A DNA stretch of 61,828 nt, the filler included. It is 16 parts of 16 records of this genome, joined end to end, with 100 filler letters (N's around TTAATTAATTAA, not from the genome) between each part and the next. Parts side by side here need not be neighbours in the genome. Positions count along the whole stretch, not along the records: positions 47,496 to 51,462 come from SRR7504441_127745; positions 51,563 to 54,621 come from SRR7504441_127825; positions 54,722 to 58,423 come from SRR7504441_127898; positions 58,524 to 61,828 come from SRR7504441_127969; 12 more parts are not named here. One strand, written 5' to 3'. Of this stretch, positions 47,535 through 58,862 are shown in pieces. Numbering within the stretch: the first letter of the stretch is position 1; every line of letters begins with the position of its first letter. Made by a program: the position numbers and the translations under genes. The notes beneath the pieces are model-generated. The model was given only the letters and a program-made list of their open reading frames with translations, was not told the DNA's origin and searched no databases.

Positions 47535-50500
47535 ATGCCAGCGCTTCGACTTCTGCGCGCCGAGGAAATGGCCGAGATGTTTGCCGGGATGTCCGAGGAG
47601 CAGATGGCCGAGATGTTTCCCGAGAAGGATGTGGAGCAGATGGCCGAGATGTTTGCCGAGGTGTCCCGTGGGGAAGATGAAATCCCTGCCCAGCAACTCG
47701 AAACCGTGATGCGGTCGCTCGGGCAGGATCCGACCGAGGACGAGCTGCAGGGCATGATCAGCGAGGTGGGGCACTCCGGCACCATCCACTTCGACGCGTT
47801 CTGCTACCTAATGATGTCCCGGAAGCAGGAAACAGGCCTCTTCGCGCCACAGGCGCCGCCGGGCTCCAGGCGAAGACGGACGGGAGGTAAGAAGCGACGC
47901 AGCACTGGGGCCGGCGGGAAGAAGCTGGTCCTGGGCGCCGAGCTCGCAGCGGGGGCAGAGCCGCTGTCTGCTGGGAAGGTGTACGGCGTGCAGGTGCGCG
48001 GAGCCCCAAATCCAGCAGTGAATGGTACCTACCGCGAGGCGGGTGTGGCGGATGGGGTGCCTTGCTTTGAGAATGGAGACACCGCGCTGATCAGGTGGAC
48101 GCCTCCCGCAGGAAGGTCCCGCAGGAAGCCCCCGAGCTGCTGGTACATCCTGCCCTGCCCTAATCCCGAGTCCAAGTCCGGCCCTCGCTGCCCGACGGAC
48201 AGTTGCTACTACCGTGTGAAGAGCGATGCGAACCACCCGCCGGCCCATCTGCTGTGGAAACCGAACAGCCTTGCCAGCCACTACGACGAGACTTCGCCAC
48301 CGTCAGGCCCTCGGCTCTCGTTGATCACGTCACCGTTATTTGAGCCCGCGCCTCCGACCGGCTCGATACTATCAACCGTTGGGAGCAATGTGATGATGCT
48401 CATCCTGCACCAGGTGTTGCCCAAAGACCGCATCAAACTCGCACAGAGCTGCTCAGAGTTCTGGCAGTTCGTCTCTAGGGGCGAAGTGGCTGCCCAAGTC
48501 TGGATGAGAACTGTGGAATGCTCTCTCTCGGTACTCAATCAGATATTCCCTCCTGGATGGGATGCTCAAGCTTCCTGGGTGCATGGAGATGGCAAGCTTG
48601 TGCAGGCGACATCTCGGTCTGCGCTCCGTGCAGTTGTTCTCTGCGGTGCTGCTGCCGCTCCGCAAATCGACTGGCTGTTGGAAATTGCACAGAGTGACAA
48701 CGGGGGTATAGGGCAACGTGTTGCAGTGCAATGGGCGCTGCTCACAGGGCTTTCAGAGCATCTCACTACAGCACAGATTGATAGAATTGCCAAATGGGAG
48801 AGCCCCGCCTTCCTGCAATCTGATTCTGAGGGTCTCTTTGATGAAGATTCTGAAGGTCTCTTTGCGCCCAAAGAGAATGCCAAAACATTAGTCACCGATC
48901 CACTTGCCATCGCTCTCCTCGTCAAACTTGGACCGCGTGCGAAACCTCATATCAAAGTGCTGGTGTCACTGCTGGATCGATTACCGATGTATGACAGGGT
49001 TACACCGATGTATAACAACCCTTTTGGAGCCACTTTTGGAGGCGAGTTTGGAGACGTCTATGGAATGGCAAAACAAGGAAGTACCAACGTCGGACTCCCA
49101 GCTACAACGTCAGATCCTCAAACCGCGCTACTGTCTCTCAGTGAACACTGGGATGAGTCTGATGTCAGCGCCATATTTGACATCGTGACTGCACTGTCGC
49201 AACCAAAAAGAAGTGCACTGTCGCAGTCGATGCAAACCCGGGGGATGGAGCTTGTAGCATTTAAAGCAGCGCTGCAGCTACTGTCGAATGCCAACGAGCT
49301 AGCAAAGCCGCATATTTCTGCGCTGATCCAGATAATGTGCTCTGGTGACGAGGTTCATGAGGTGCTCTTCTCGCACGAGCAACCCAAGCGGGCGGCGATA
49401 GACACAAGAGCAGAGCTCCGTAAGAGTGTGACTGCGACTCTGATTGCTCTCCGCGGCTTCTTCACTCCGGAGCACACATCAACCCTCGTAGCAATGCTGG
49501 TTGAACGGACGCAGATGGCACCTGCCCCAGCGGAAGCGAACGTTGGGATTACAGATGCAAGTGTGTTGGCTGAAATCAATGGACAGAAATCAGCAATCCG
49601 ACGTGCTTTGTGCAAAGTCCTTGGAGAACTAGAGCACTGCGGCGAAGAGACCCTTCAGATCCTTGTTGGAATGTTATCTTTCGACGTCGCAACGAGAGAG
49701 GGGTCACAGGATCGCGCCAAAGAGGCACGAATAGCAACTGAAGCTCTGATTAAGCTAGGTTCCAGAGGTGTACTTGATTCCAGAAGGCTCGATGCGCATG
49801 GTCCGGTACTGGCAGCTCTCCTGTGCCGCCAAGGTCCAGCGGCAGGCTTTGTGCTACACGTGCTTGCAGAATTCGGGCTTGCATTAAAACACATACCTCA
49901 GATCATCTCCGCGCTTTTTAACAAAAGCGAGTACACTGCACCTCGAGGGAGTCCACAAATAGATGCTTCTGCGCTTGCAGGATTAGATTGGGACTTTGAA
50001 GGTTTCTGCCAAGACCTGTACAATGCAGCGCAAGGAGTTGCTGGCGCGGGCGAGGATGGTCTACAGGTCGGGGCTTTCGTCCGGATCACTAACCATTACT
50101 TCAAGCTGGATCGCTGCAGCAGCCTTGACGTGTGTAGAAGTGTTTGCTCACTGCTGACAAAGATCAAACATGACATCAGTCCCGAAAAGATGGACTTTGC
50201 CCAATTCAAGCATGCAATGGCATTAGTGGCCATTCGAGTCGGAGTTCAAGGGCCTAGAGAAGATGAGATATGCACATTTGATCGAAATGACACGTATGCA
50301 TATGAGTATTCAGGCTTTCATGGCCATGAAGGGCGCGGCTTCCCGCGTGTGTCCACGAAGGCACGCGAGGTCCTGCTAGACAATTTGCAGCAGTTCTCTC
50401 CAGAGTCAGTCGAAGCCTTGATGAAATGGGTGCAATCGTTGAATGCGCGAATTGCTGAAGCAAAAGAGGAGATTGCGGGTGAATCTTCTTTTCCTGCACT

Positions 50501-51462
50501 ACCCGCTGCGCAAGAAATTAAAGCGCCTGCCGATGTCGTGCTGCTGACTTTCAGCGATGCGTCCGAAGCTTTGCAGCAAATCCTCGGTGTCCTTGACCAC
50601 GAGCCACTGGGCATGTTGCTGTTGCCTCACTTGGGCGTTCTGGTAGACTGCTGCTCCTGCGTCGGGGTTCTGCTCGGGCAGCACATGCGTAGAGCGCAAA
50701 GTCTTCAGGAACAGGGTGGCACTAAATATGCCATTCACCCCATTCTCTCCATTGTTACAAAAATAATCGCTGGAATCGCGCCTAAGCTCACTGCAGAGCA
50801 CGCAGCCTTGCTTTACTCTCAGCTCGGCAACTCCACCAATACGGACTCGAAGCTGTGCTTGCTCGCTATTTTCGAGGCTCTTGGATCGCACTTTGCGGAG
50901 CTACTTATTCCTTACCACGATTTTCTATTGACCCAACTCCTGTCTCCTGAACCTCAAGTGAGCTGGAAGGCCCGTGATGTTTTCGTTGCAATAGGGTCTC
51001 TTCTTGCCACAGAGCAAGTGGCTGCCGTTGCAGCCTGTCTTTCTAATTCCACAGCAAGTATTCGATTTGCAGCTGCATCTGTGCTTGGCGAACTCGGACC
51101 AGAAAAGGCTGCCCCGCATCTCCCTGCTATGGTGTGCATGCTGAGTCGTGACTGTGTGCTTCAGCGAGTGAGGATCCATTCAGGCCATTCAGGCCTGGAT
51201 CCATTCAGCAGTGAGGAGAAGCGCCACTCCGGCCTGGATCCATTCAGCGGCCTGGATCCATTCGGCATTGATCCTGAGGTGGGCGACGATTCGTTGAAAT
51301 CGGCTGGGGGCACTATCTGTATTGACAATTATGACAGTGACGATGACCACTTTATTCAGAACACGTACTACCAGTCCTCGCCATTCTGCAACAATTACTC
51401 TGAGGATCTGCGAACTTATAATCCGGCTTATAATTCGGACAATTACTCTGAGGATCTGCGTA
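47535..51462 (+). CDS. Calmodulin-N-lobe-like / F-box-like / HEAT-repeat protein, apparently intronless, 3'-truncated
   Basis: LETVMRSLGQDPTEDELQGMISEV.GTIHFDAFCYLMMSRK (calmodulin N-lobe); LSTVGSNVMMLILHQVLPKDRIKLAQSCSEFWQFV (F-box-like); HEAT-like IRFAAASVLGELGPEKAAPHLPAMV. Confidence 0.7.
47562..47660 (+). repeat. Coding tandem repeat, 3 x 36 nt (E/Q-MAEMF)
   Basis: ATGGCCGAGATGTTT at 47568, 47604 and 47640. Confidence 0.9.
51172..51462 (+). repeat. Coding repeats SGLDPF x3 and NYSEDLR x2 at contig end
   Basis: GGCCTGGATCCATTC occurs three times. ACAATTACTCTGAGGATCTGCG occurs at 51391 and 51439. Confidence 0.85.
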
Positions 51463-51724
51463 NNNNNNNNNNNNNNNNNNNNNNNNNNNNNNNNNNNNNN
51501 NNNNNNTTAATTAATTAANNNNNNNNNNNNNNNNNNNNNNNNNNNNNNNNNNNNNNNNNNNNCAATTGCAATCATGCACCACGTAAAGATGAGGGCTTTT
51601 AATAATACAGTGTATAGATAGATAGATTCACTTGTCACTTACTTGTCACTCGTATGGTCATTCCGTATAACATCTAGTAACATTACACATCCTAACATTG
51701 TCCCTTGAGTTTCAGCTTGAGCGG

Positions 51725-53285
51725 TTACCCCAGCCCGCCGTCCTCGTCGTCCGATGTTCGGCCTCGCTTGCGGCTAGCCACCTGTGAGTCTGTTGGCAGT
51801 TTGTCCACCAAGTCCTTGACCGGAACGCCCTCGAAAGCAATCTGGTAAACCATCACAAACAACGGGAACCTACCCCAACCATCAGACACCCACCTACCAA
51901 GCCCTAAGCGCGCACTCGTCCTCGCAGTTGAGCCCTCTGAGCGCTACCATGATGTCCTGAGCTGTGATCGTGCCTTGCAGCTTCTGCCCCTTGAGCAACT
52001 CGGCCTCAATACTGTCCCAGCTCTTCTGGCCCTCTGCCTTGGCAAATGCCTCCGCACATCTCCTGTTCCGCCCGCCGTAGCACGAGGTGATAAGGTCGGC
52101 CATCCCGCACGACTCTAGGAAAGTTGACGACTGAATCCCTTTAAAGAACTTACGGCAAAACCTGCCCCGCCATCGCTCCCGCGCTCGAGCTCAGTGGTGC
52201 ACCGCTCCATCTCAGCCAGCCCGATCCGCATGATCGCCGCCTTAGTGTTGCCACCGTAGCTGCCAGTCTTGGTTAGAACCAGCTCGGCCGCCGGCAGCCA
52301 CCCGAGGCCATCCGAGAATCCGGCAGCGAGCGCTACCACATTTTTGATTGCACCGCACAACTCGACTCCGGCCAGGTCCGTAACGGTCTTAATCCTGAAC
52401 TGCGCCGTGTTGAACAGCGCGTGGAACATCGCCCCGTTGCGCCTGCACACCGCACTCGCGCCGGCAGCTGGCCGGCCAACTGACGGTATCCTAGTGCCGA
52501 TTGTGGCCTCAGAGAACTCCCCTCGAGCCACCTACCTTAGCTCAGAGCAGACAGCGGCAGCTCACGCCTCGTCGGCCACGTTGGCTCCCATGAGCACTGG
52601 CCGCCCAGTGAGCGCTGGCCAGCGGCGGCGGGCACCGGCGCAGTCGACCCCAAGCGCAGCCCGGATGATGTCGCTTATGAGAAGAGGGGAGCCCGACTCG
52701 TCAAACTCGACCCCTTTGATCAGCGAGATCGCCCGACACTGTTTGGGCTTGACCTGCAAGGCCTGTCGGCTGCGGGGTGCGCCGCTCGGGCCGCCTGGTA
52801 GATCTCGCCGAGCAGCCCTCGAAGGAACTGGTGCGGCACCGCGAACACCAAGATGTTGGCGTCCTTGGCTGCCTCACGCAGCTCAGGGATAGCCACTACG
52901 TTCTCCGGGAGCTTGGCGCCTTTGAGGTACTGACAGGGCGACCGGTCAGCCTGGCCAGCCTGGGGGCGGTGCCTTGGGATTCTCGTGCGTCTCGTTGATC
53001 ACCTCCGAGAGCTTCTGGCCGTTGTAGTCCTCCTCGAACACCCACATCCGGACCCTAGGCCGTTGGTCCCGGCCCGGGCCCGGGATCGGTCACCGGTCGG
53101 CAAACTTGCTGTGGTGAGTCACATTTTCGCCCACGATTCGCGCCACCGCCGAGCCCCTGCCCGGCCGATCCGGCGGATAGCGCATGGCAGAGGAGGGACC
53201 AGTTGCCGCTGCCCACGATGCATACCGACTCCTCGAGCTGGCCGTCCTGCTGGTCTCTGGCCTTGGCCGGCCGGTTCTGGTTCAT
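51725..53285 (-). CDS. GPD1: Glycerol-3-phosphate dehydrogenase [NAD+], 382 aa, 10 introns
   Basis: Removing introns 53157-53199, 53055-53093, 52930-52972, 52754-52794, 52597-52635, 52532-52567, 52443-52484, 52260-52301, 52162-52202 and 51870-51915 gives an open 1149-nt CDS. It contains [88 protein letters not shown] and FPLF. Confidence 0.96.
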
Positions 53286-53415
53286 TGTGCCACCCTACAG
53301 TGCCTGGTCGGCGATCCTAACAGCCGTGGCCACTTGGCGGCGGATCCTAACTGAGGCACTTAGAAGTTAGAATAGGAGTTAGATCCGCCGGCCCGGCAGT
53401 GTAGGGTGGGGCACA
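53286..53415. mobile_element. Degenerate inverted-repeat (MITE-like) element directly upstream of the GPD1 ATG
   Basis: Left arm TGTGCCACCCTACAGTGCCTGGTCGGCGATCCTAAC (53286-53321) versus reverse complement of right arm TGTGCCCCACCCTACACTGCCGGGCCGGCGGATCTAAC (53378-53415). An internal partial copy CGGCGGATCCTAACT is also present. Confidence 0.55.
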
Positions 53416-53634
53416 GTCGATGCCTCCCAAATCCAGGCCTACTTGGTACTGTTATCGTAAAGGTGCACGTGTTCAGATAACATTAGGGCGCAAATTAGGA
53501 CAATCATGACGGCTGCATGCACGGCAGCTGCACTGTATCAATCAAGTATGAAGTTCGAATGACATTGCAGACTGATTTCTTCCAATTAAATCATATCAAT
53601 AATTATGAGTGTGGAGACGCCGGCCAAATCTGCA

Positions 53635-54621
53635 CTAAACCTCCACTGTGCTCACAGCGTCGCATGACTCACGATACCGCCTGAGCCAGGGTGGGCCTAC
53701 CCTTTTAACAATGCCACCAGACAGGGCCAAAGAGTCGCACTCCCACACACGTCCAACCCAACCATCTTGCATTGAGGGGTGAGCAGCTCCTCGCTCGGGC
53801 TGCTTCGCCAGTCGCAAGGTCACATCTTTCTGGAAAATAGCATCAATTGTGAAGGCAGTGACAAGATCTTGGAGTGTTCCACTCAGTGGCAGTTGAGACA
53901 GCACGCGGCTTAGCACGAGCCTGCTGCACGCAAGCAGAGCGCCCAAATGACGCGCATTCCATGCTGCAGCCTCTGCAATGCTGAAAGCCTCGCGCAAGCA
54001 GTACTTGATGTGCTCCCCCGACCGCACACCCGTTCGCCCTCTTCTAAAAGTGATTTCCCGTCCCAAGGACTCACGGTACTCGTGGACGGTTTCCCAATCC
54101 CACAGAGTAAGATCCTCTTCGGAGCCCTTACAGACAGCGTCAGCCAAGGCAGCCGCCGCTGCGTATTTTTCGGCTGCAACATCAAGCTCACCACATGTGA
54201 TAGCACTGTACGCCAGCTCAAACAGCTTGGGGATCTCTGCGGCCGAGGAAGTCAGGCCCCCTAACTGCTTTAGTGCCGGGAGAGCCAGTTCATGGAAGAC
54301 ATTGAGCACGCCGCTGTCGTACAAATCTGAGCCGCCCCACCTCTCATCGAATTCGTACCCCTGGATACCAAGCACATACGGTGTTACATCACACTCCAGA
54401 AGACGCGCGCTCCGAGCCCTTCGCTCCTCCCACGCCAACTCTCCCTCCAGTGGTGCATCTGCATCCTCAGGGTTTATCATGCGCACCTCCACAAATGGAG
54501 GTCGTATCCGTCGGGGTCCACAAAAGGCGTCGACTTCGAGCTTTGTGGAGTCCGGAATCTCGCCCTTCGGGCTCCATTCTGCGGAGCGTGAGGCCTTGAC
54601 CCAGGACCCGCGTATTCCCAG
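53635..54621 (-). CDS. Hypothetical protein, 5'-truncated
   Basis: Open frame of more than 285 aa with protein-like composition, extending toward the contig end. No family recognised. Confidence 0.55.
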   Translation of the reverse strand: MGIRGSWVKASRSAEWSPKGEIPDSTKLEVDAFCGPRRIRPPFVEVRMINPEDADAPLEGELAWEERRARSARLLECDVTPYVLGIQGYEFDERWGGSDLYDSGVLNVFHELALPALKQLGGLTSSAAEIPKLFELAYSAITCGELDVAAEKYAAAAALADAVCKGSEEDLTLWDWETVHEYRESLGREITFRRGRTGVRSGEHIKYCLREAFSIAEAAAWNARHLGALLACSRLVLSRVLSQLPLSGTLQDLVTAFTIDAIFQKDVTLRLAKQPERGAAHPSMQDGWVGRVWECDSLALSGGIVKRVGPPWLRRYRESCDAVSTVEV

Positions 54622-55135
54622 NNNNNNNNNNNNNNNNNNNNNNNNNNNNNNNNNNNNNNNNNNNNTTAATTAATTAANNNNNNNNNNNNNNNNNNNNNNN
54701 NNNNNNNNNNNNNNNNNNNNNTTCGTCGCCATGGTGATTGAGTTTTGCCCTCTCGTTTGGAGATGCCAGTCCAGTCTTGATCATATGCTCTGTGGTTGCT
54801 TCCCTGAGCCACTTTACAAAGTCCTCCTCTGACTTTGTTGTAGTAGCCAAGGTTCGCAGTGCATTGGCGATGGCCTCGTCGACTGGTCAAGGGTTGGACG
54901 GTGGAGCATGTCATCAATCTGTTGGACCGCGATGCAGAACACACATTTCCAGCCAGATATTCTGACATAACCATCCCAGCAATGCCGATCTTCTTCACCA
55001 CCAACTCCAAACTGCTAGCACCTGGAAAATGAGCAACCAAATGCGGTACGGGATGCAATCCTGCACAACAACAACGACCTCGTGCACTGCTGACCGTCCA
55101 AGGGCTCGAAGGGTGCTGAGGCTTCGAGGGGCCTG

Positions 55136-57347
55136 ATGGACAGTTCGCACGACTCTGGCGACTTTGTGCACGTGAGCGCGATGGAAGCAGACAGCGCGCC
55201 GGTCCAGCTGGTCTACATCGACGACGACCAGCGGCTGCAGCTCAACCAGCCGGCGGTCGAGTACCTGCGCACGCTGCCCAAGCCGATCCACTGCATCACG
55301 CTGGCCGGAGTGGCCCGCGAGGGCAAGTCGACCTGGCTGACCATGTTCCGGCGCTGGTTGGACCTGGAGCTGGGCAAGGGCGACACCAACAGCCACTTCC
55401 AGATCTCCAAAGGGGTTGTGACCTGCACCGCCGGCAGCTGGATCTGGGCCACCACGGAGGTCGCCCAGCCCGCAGCCGGCCGGCGCGAGCCTGGGCCAGA
55501 TCCCTGGGGGCGTCGAGGGCACGCTGCTGCTGGTCGACACCCAGGGCCTGGCCTCGGGCAACCAAGAGGGGCTCAACCGGCTGTTCACATTCAGCGTGCT
55601 CCTCTCCAACGTGCTCGTGCTCAATGTGCTCAGACAGGCGCCCGCTCCCTCGGCGGCAGCCAGCCAGCACCAGGTGAACGACGACACGCTGAACAAGCTG
55701 GGTGCGGTCTCGGCTCTATCGCGGCTGGTGCAGGGCTCGGTGCCGCGCTGTGCGGCCAGGCCCTGAGCTGCTGCAGGTCGAAGTGTTCCCGGAGCTGTTT
55801 GCGCTGGTGCGCGACTTCGACCTGGACATCTCGGAGGACGGGTACGGCTCGAACGACGAGTACTTTGAGGACCTGCTCAAGCCGGACGGCTCGGGCGAGC
55901 GAGACGCGACCCGAGCGTCGATCAAGGCAATCTTCAGCTCGAGGCGGCTGATCAGCATGGAAGCCCCGTCCAAGTGCGGCCGAGCCGGCCGGGCGCGAGC
56001 CGGGGCAGGAGCGAGAAGGCCTTCCTGAACACCTGGAACAAGGACGGGTTCGACGCCAACTCGAGCCCCGGGCTGCCGCCTGACGGTAGGCTCCGAATGA
56101 TTGTGTGAGACTAGGGCAGGCGACTTCGTGGATTCGTTCAAGGAGACGGCGGCCGTTATCCTGGAGGCCACGCTTCGGAGTCCAAAGAAGCTTGGGGAGG
56201 CTGTAGTCGGTTTGGGTGCCACCGCCAGCTGCCTGACCGGTTGCCAGATGGCGAGATGCTGGTCGATCTCGCGGAGGAGATCGTCCAGAACATCAACGAC
56301 AAGCCGGTGGACCTGCACTCGGCGCTGCACTCTATCTTCAACGGCGTCTGTCGGAGGGCCACAGTGGCGGCCCGCGGGCAGGTGAGCGCCGACGTAGAGG
56401 CGCTTAAGGCCGAACTGCCGCTCCACCCGAGCAAGCTGGAGCCGGAGCTGCGCAGGGTCCAGGCCGCTGCCCTGGCCGCCTACCAAGGTCGCCCCCCCCG
56501 GGGCGGGGCCAAGATGAGCGGGAGGGCAGCCAAGGTGAGCGAGTCTGGCGTGCCGGACGAAGACGTGTGCAAGGCCGAGCACAAGGCGGAGCTCGAGGAG
56601 GCGCTAGACTACCAGGCGAGACTCACGGGGCGCGGGGGCGAGCCGGGCTGCAGTGGCACTTCGTGATCAAGGAGAACGAGAAGGTGGTGCTCGAGACCAT
56701 CCAGGAGGCCTCGATCCAGTTTGAAGACAAGCTCCGCCAGTCGGTCAGCTGCGGGCTGGCCAGCACCGACTCAGATGTAGGTGGACGAGCTGCCAATCGA
56801 CGACATGGCCGAGTACATTCAGCTGCACGAGGAGGCGACCACGCAGCTGGCGGAGGAGTTCAGCCTCAAGATATCAGTGGCCAACAAGGTGCGCCGAGCT
56901 GGGCTGCCGAGCATAGCTTCCCGCTCTAGGAAATGCAACAGAAAGCGATTGACAAGTTTGTGACAACCTCCAAGGACCTGAGACGGCGGAACATGGAGAG
57001 GGCCAGGCTAAAGGTGCTCGCGGACGCCGAGAAGAAGCAAAAGCTGATGCTTGCGGGGGCCGGTCTGTTACATAGCGCTCGCTATGATACCAAGACTGAG
57101 TGATTGGTCAGGTTTGCTGGTTATTGTGGCGATCGGGATCGATGGCGACCCATTCGATGAGTTATGGGCCGCTTTGCAAATCATGTGGTTTGTGCCGATA
57201 ATCATGGTCGGAATGGCGATCTACGTTGCTATTTACCAGCAAGCCCCACCGTATACTTGGGAAGTCCTGCAAGCAGCTCAAGAGTATGGCTCAATCGCCA
57301 AAAACGCAGTTGCTGCAAAGCCCCAAACCAAAGAAAAGGATGATTAA
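55136..57347 (+). CDS. Guanylate-binding protein/atlastin-like large GTPase with C-terminal TM segments, multi-intron
   Basis: G1 ITLAGVAREGKST, G2 VTCTAGSWIWA, G3 LLLVDTQGL, LFTFSVLLSNVLVLN and G4 LFALVRDF. A helical middle domain and hydrophobic tail (LLVIVAIGI...IMWFVPIIMVGMAIYVAIY) follow. Confidence 0.85.
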
Positions 57348-57462
57348 GGATCATGGTTATTCAAATAGTCGATTCCATTGTACAGTAAACTCGTAAGTAG
57401 TTATAATATTTATGATCGTATTTTTCTAAGATTCTAAGATTGAGCCCGTTGAAGCCCACTCG

Positions 57463-58266
57463 CTAGTAATCGACATCTACGTCCAGCTCTAGGTGAGTGA
57501 GCAGCTCGTAGGTCGGGTACAGCTGGGCCAGCTCGTCCGCGCACTCGGCCACCTTCTCCCGGGTGTCCATAAACGGTCGAAACCGAGTCTCGATCAGATA
57601 AGTTCCGGCCTCCTCAGCTGTCTTACCCACACACGCGCTGAAGTCTGCAAGCCCGCACTCAACACCCGGCCGGCCGGCCGGCACCTGGGTGGGCCGCGGA
57701 CGCGGTCGGGAACTTTTGGAGCACCCGGAGCCAGGCGGCGTGCACCAGGTCGTCCATAGGCTCCGGCATGCTGGGTGCGTCCGGCGGCAGGCGCTGCTCG
57801 TTCCGTTTGGGCACCTCGGGCTCGGGCTTCCACTCGGCTTTGACCGGGTCCCATTCGCCCATCACCCACAGCCGCTGGTTGCAGTCCCAACACTTGATCT
57901 TCTTCATGGCGACCAGCTTCTTGAGCTGCTTGACCATGTAGCTCAGCCGGCACAGCCGCAGCGCCGCCCGCCCGCACACCTTGGCCGCCCCGGGCTCGAG
58001 CAGCTGCCCCCGGGCTCCCCACAGCCCCAACCTAGCCCGCGCACCAGCCCGCAGTTGGCCTGGCTCTGGCCGAGGATGTGCTCTGGCCCGTAGAAGTCGA
58101 GCGCCCACTCGAGCTTCATCCGCCGGTCCTTGTACGAGCCGAGCCAGAAGTCCGGGTCGGTGACCGGCGAGTCGTCCTGCTCCGGCCGCGGCTTGGGCTC
58201 GAACCGCTTCTTGGTCGGCTTGACGTTCTTGCCCTTGTAGGCCTGCGCGGCCTCCGGGCCTGGCAT
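57463..58266 (-). CDS. Small hypothetical protein, intron-containing
   Basis: Three overlapping GC3-rich exon ORFs (MPGPEAAQAYKGK..., YMVKQLKKLVAMKKIKCWDCNQRLW..., ECGLADFSAC...LDVDVDY). No family recognised. Confidence 0.6.
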
Positions 58267-58862
58267 GGCGCAGCACGGTGTGAACACTCGGCGCTACAAC
58301 AACGGCATGATCCTACTTCAGTTGCAGCCCAGTTGAAGTCTGTTTTGTGTAGTCTAAGCAATGGAATAGTGTCTAGATACTCGGCGCTCTCCTCATCACT
58401 CTATCATCACTCACTACGTTCATNNNNNNNNNNNNNNNNNNNNNNNNNNNNNNNNNNNNNNNNNNNNTTAATTAATTAANNNNNNNNNNNNNNNNNNNNN
58501 NNNNNNNNNNNNNNNNNNNNNNNGGGGCAGGGCCGGGACTGGTGCGACAGAGCTCGGTGTCGTCGCAGGGCGGCGACAGGAAGAGGAGTAAATGGGACCG
58601 GAACTGACCGCTTCAGTTCATACTTAATAAACCTTGCCGCACAGCTTTCAATGCTGATCGGACTGATCAATGCTGCAGCTGCGTATGAGGATATCGGTGC
58701 GATTAGGTTCGCATCGCTTTGGTAGAATACGTGTGTGTGGCTGTTTACAACTATCGTACCCACCGTATGCTATCAACTCGTATCTATCTACTGGTCACCC
58801 TCCAGGACAAACACCGACAACGACAAAGCCCCGCTACGACAGCAGGCGACAGCGGCTCTCAT

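Noticed and set aside
54722-55058. Possible partial minus-strand gene (VDEAIANALRTLATTTKSEEDFVKWLREA)
   Set aside because: It looks protein-like, but I could not build a consistent start and splice model, and it is truncated by the contig end.
3532-58523. Regularly repeated TTAATTAATTAA in N runs as a repeat array, and neighbourhoods across them
   Set aside because: These are artificial concatenation spacers. Genes on different contigs (e.g. the two PIP kinases) cannot be treated as clustered.
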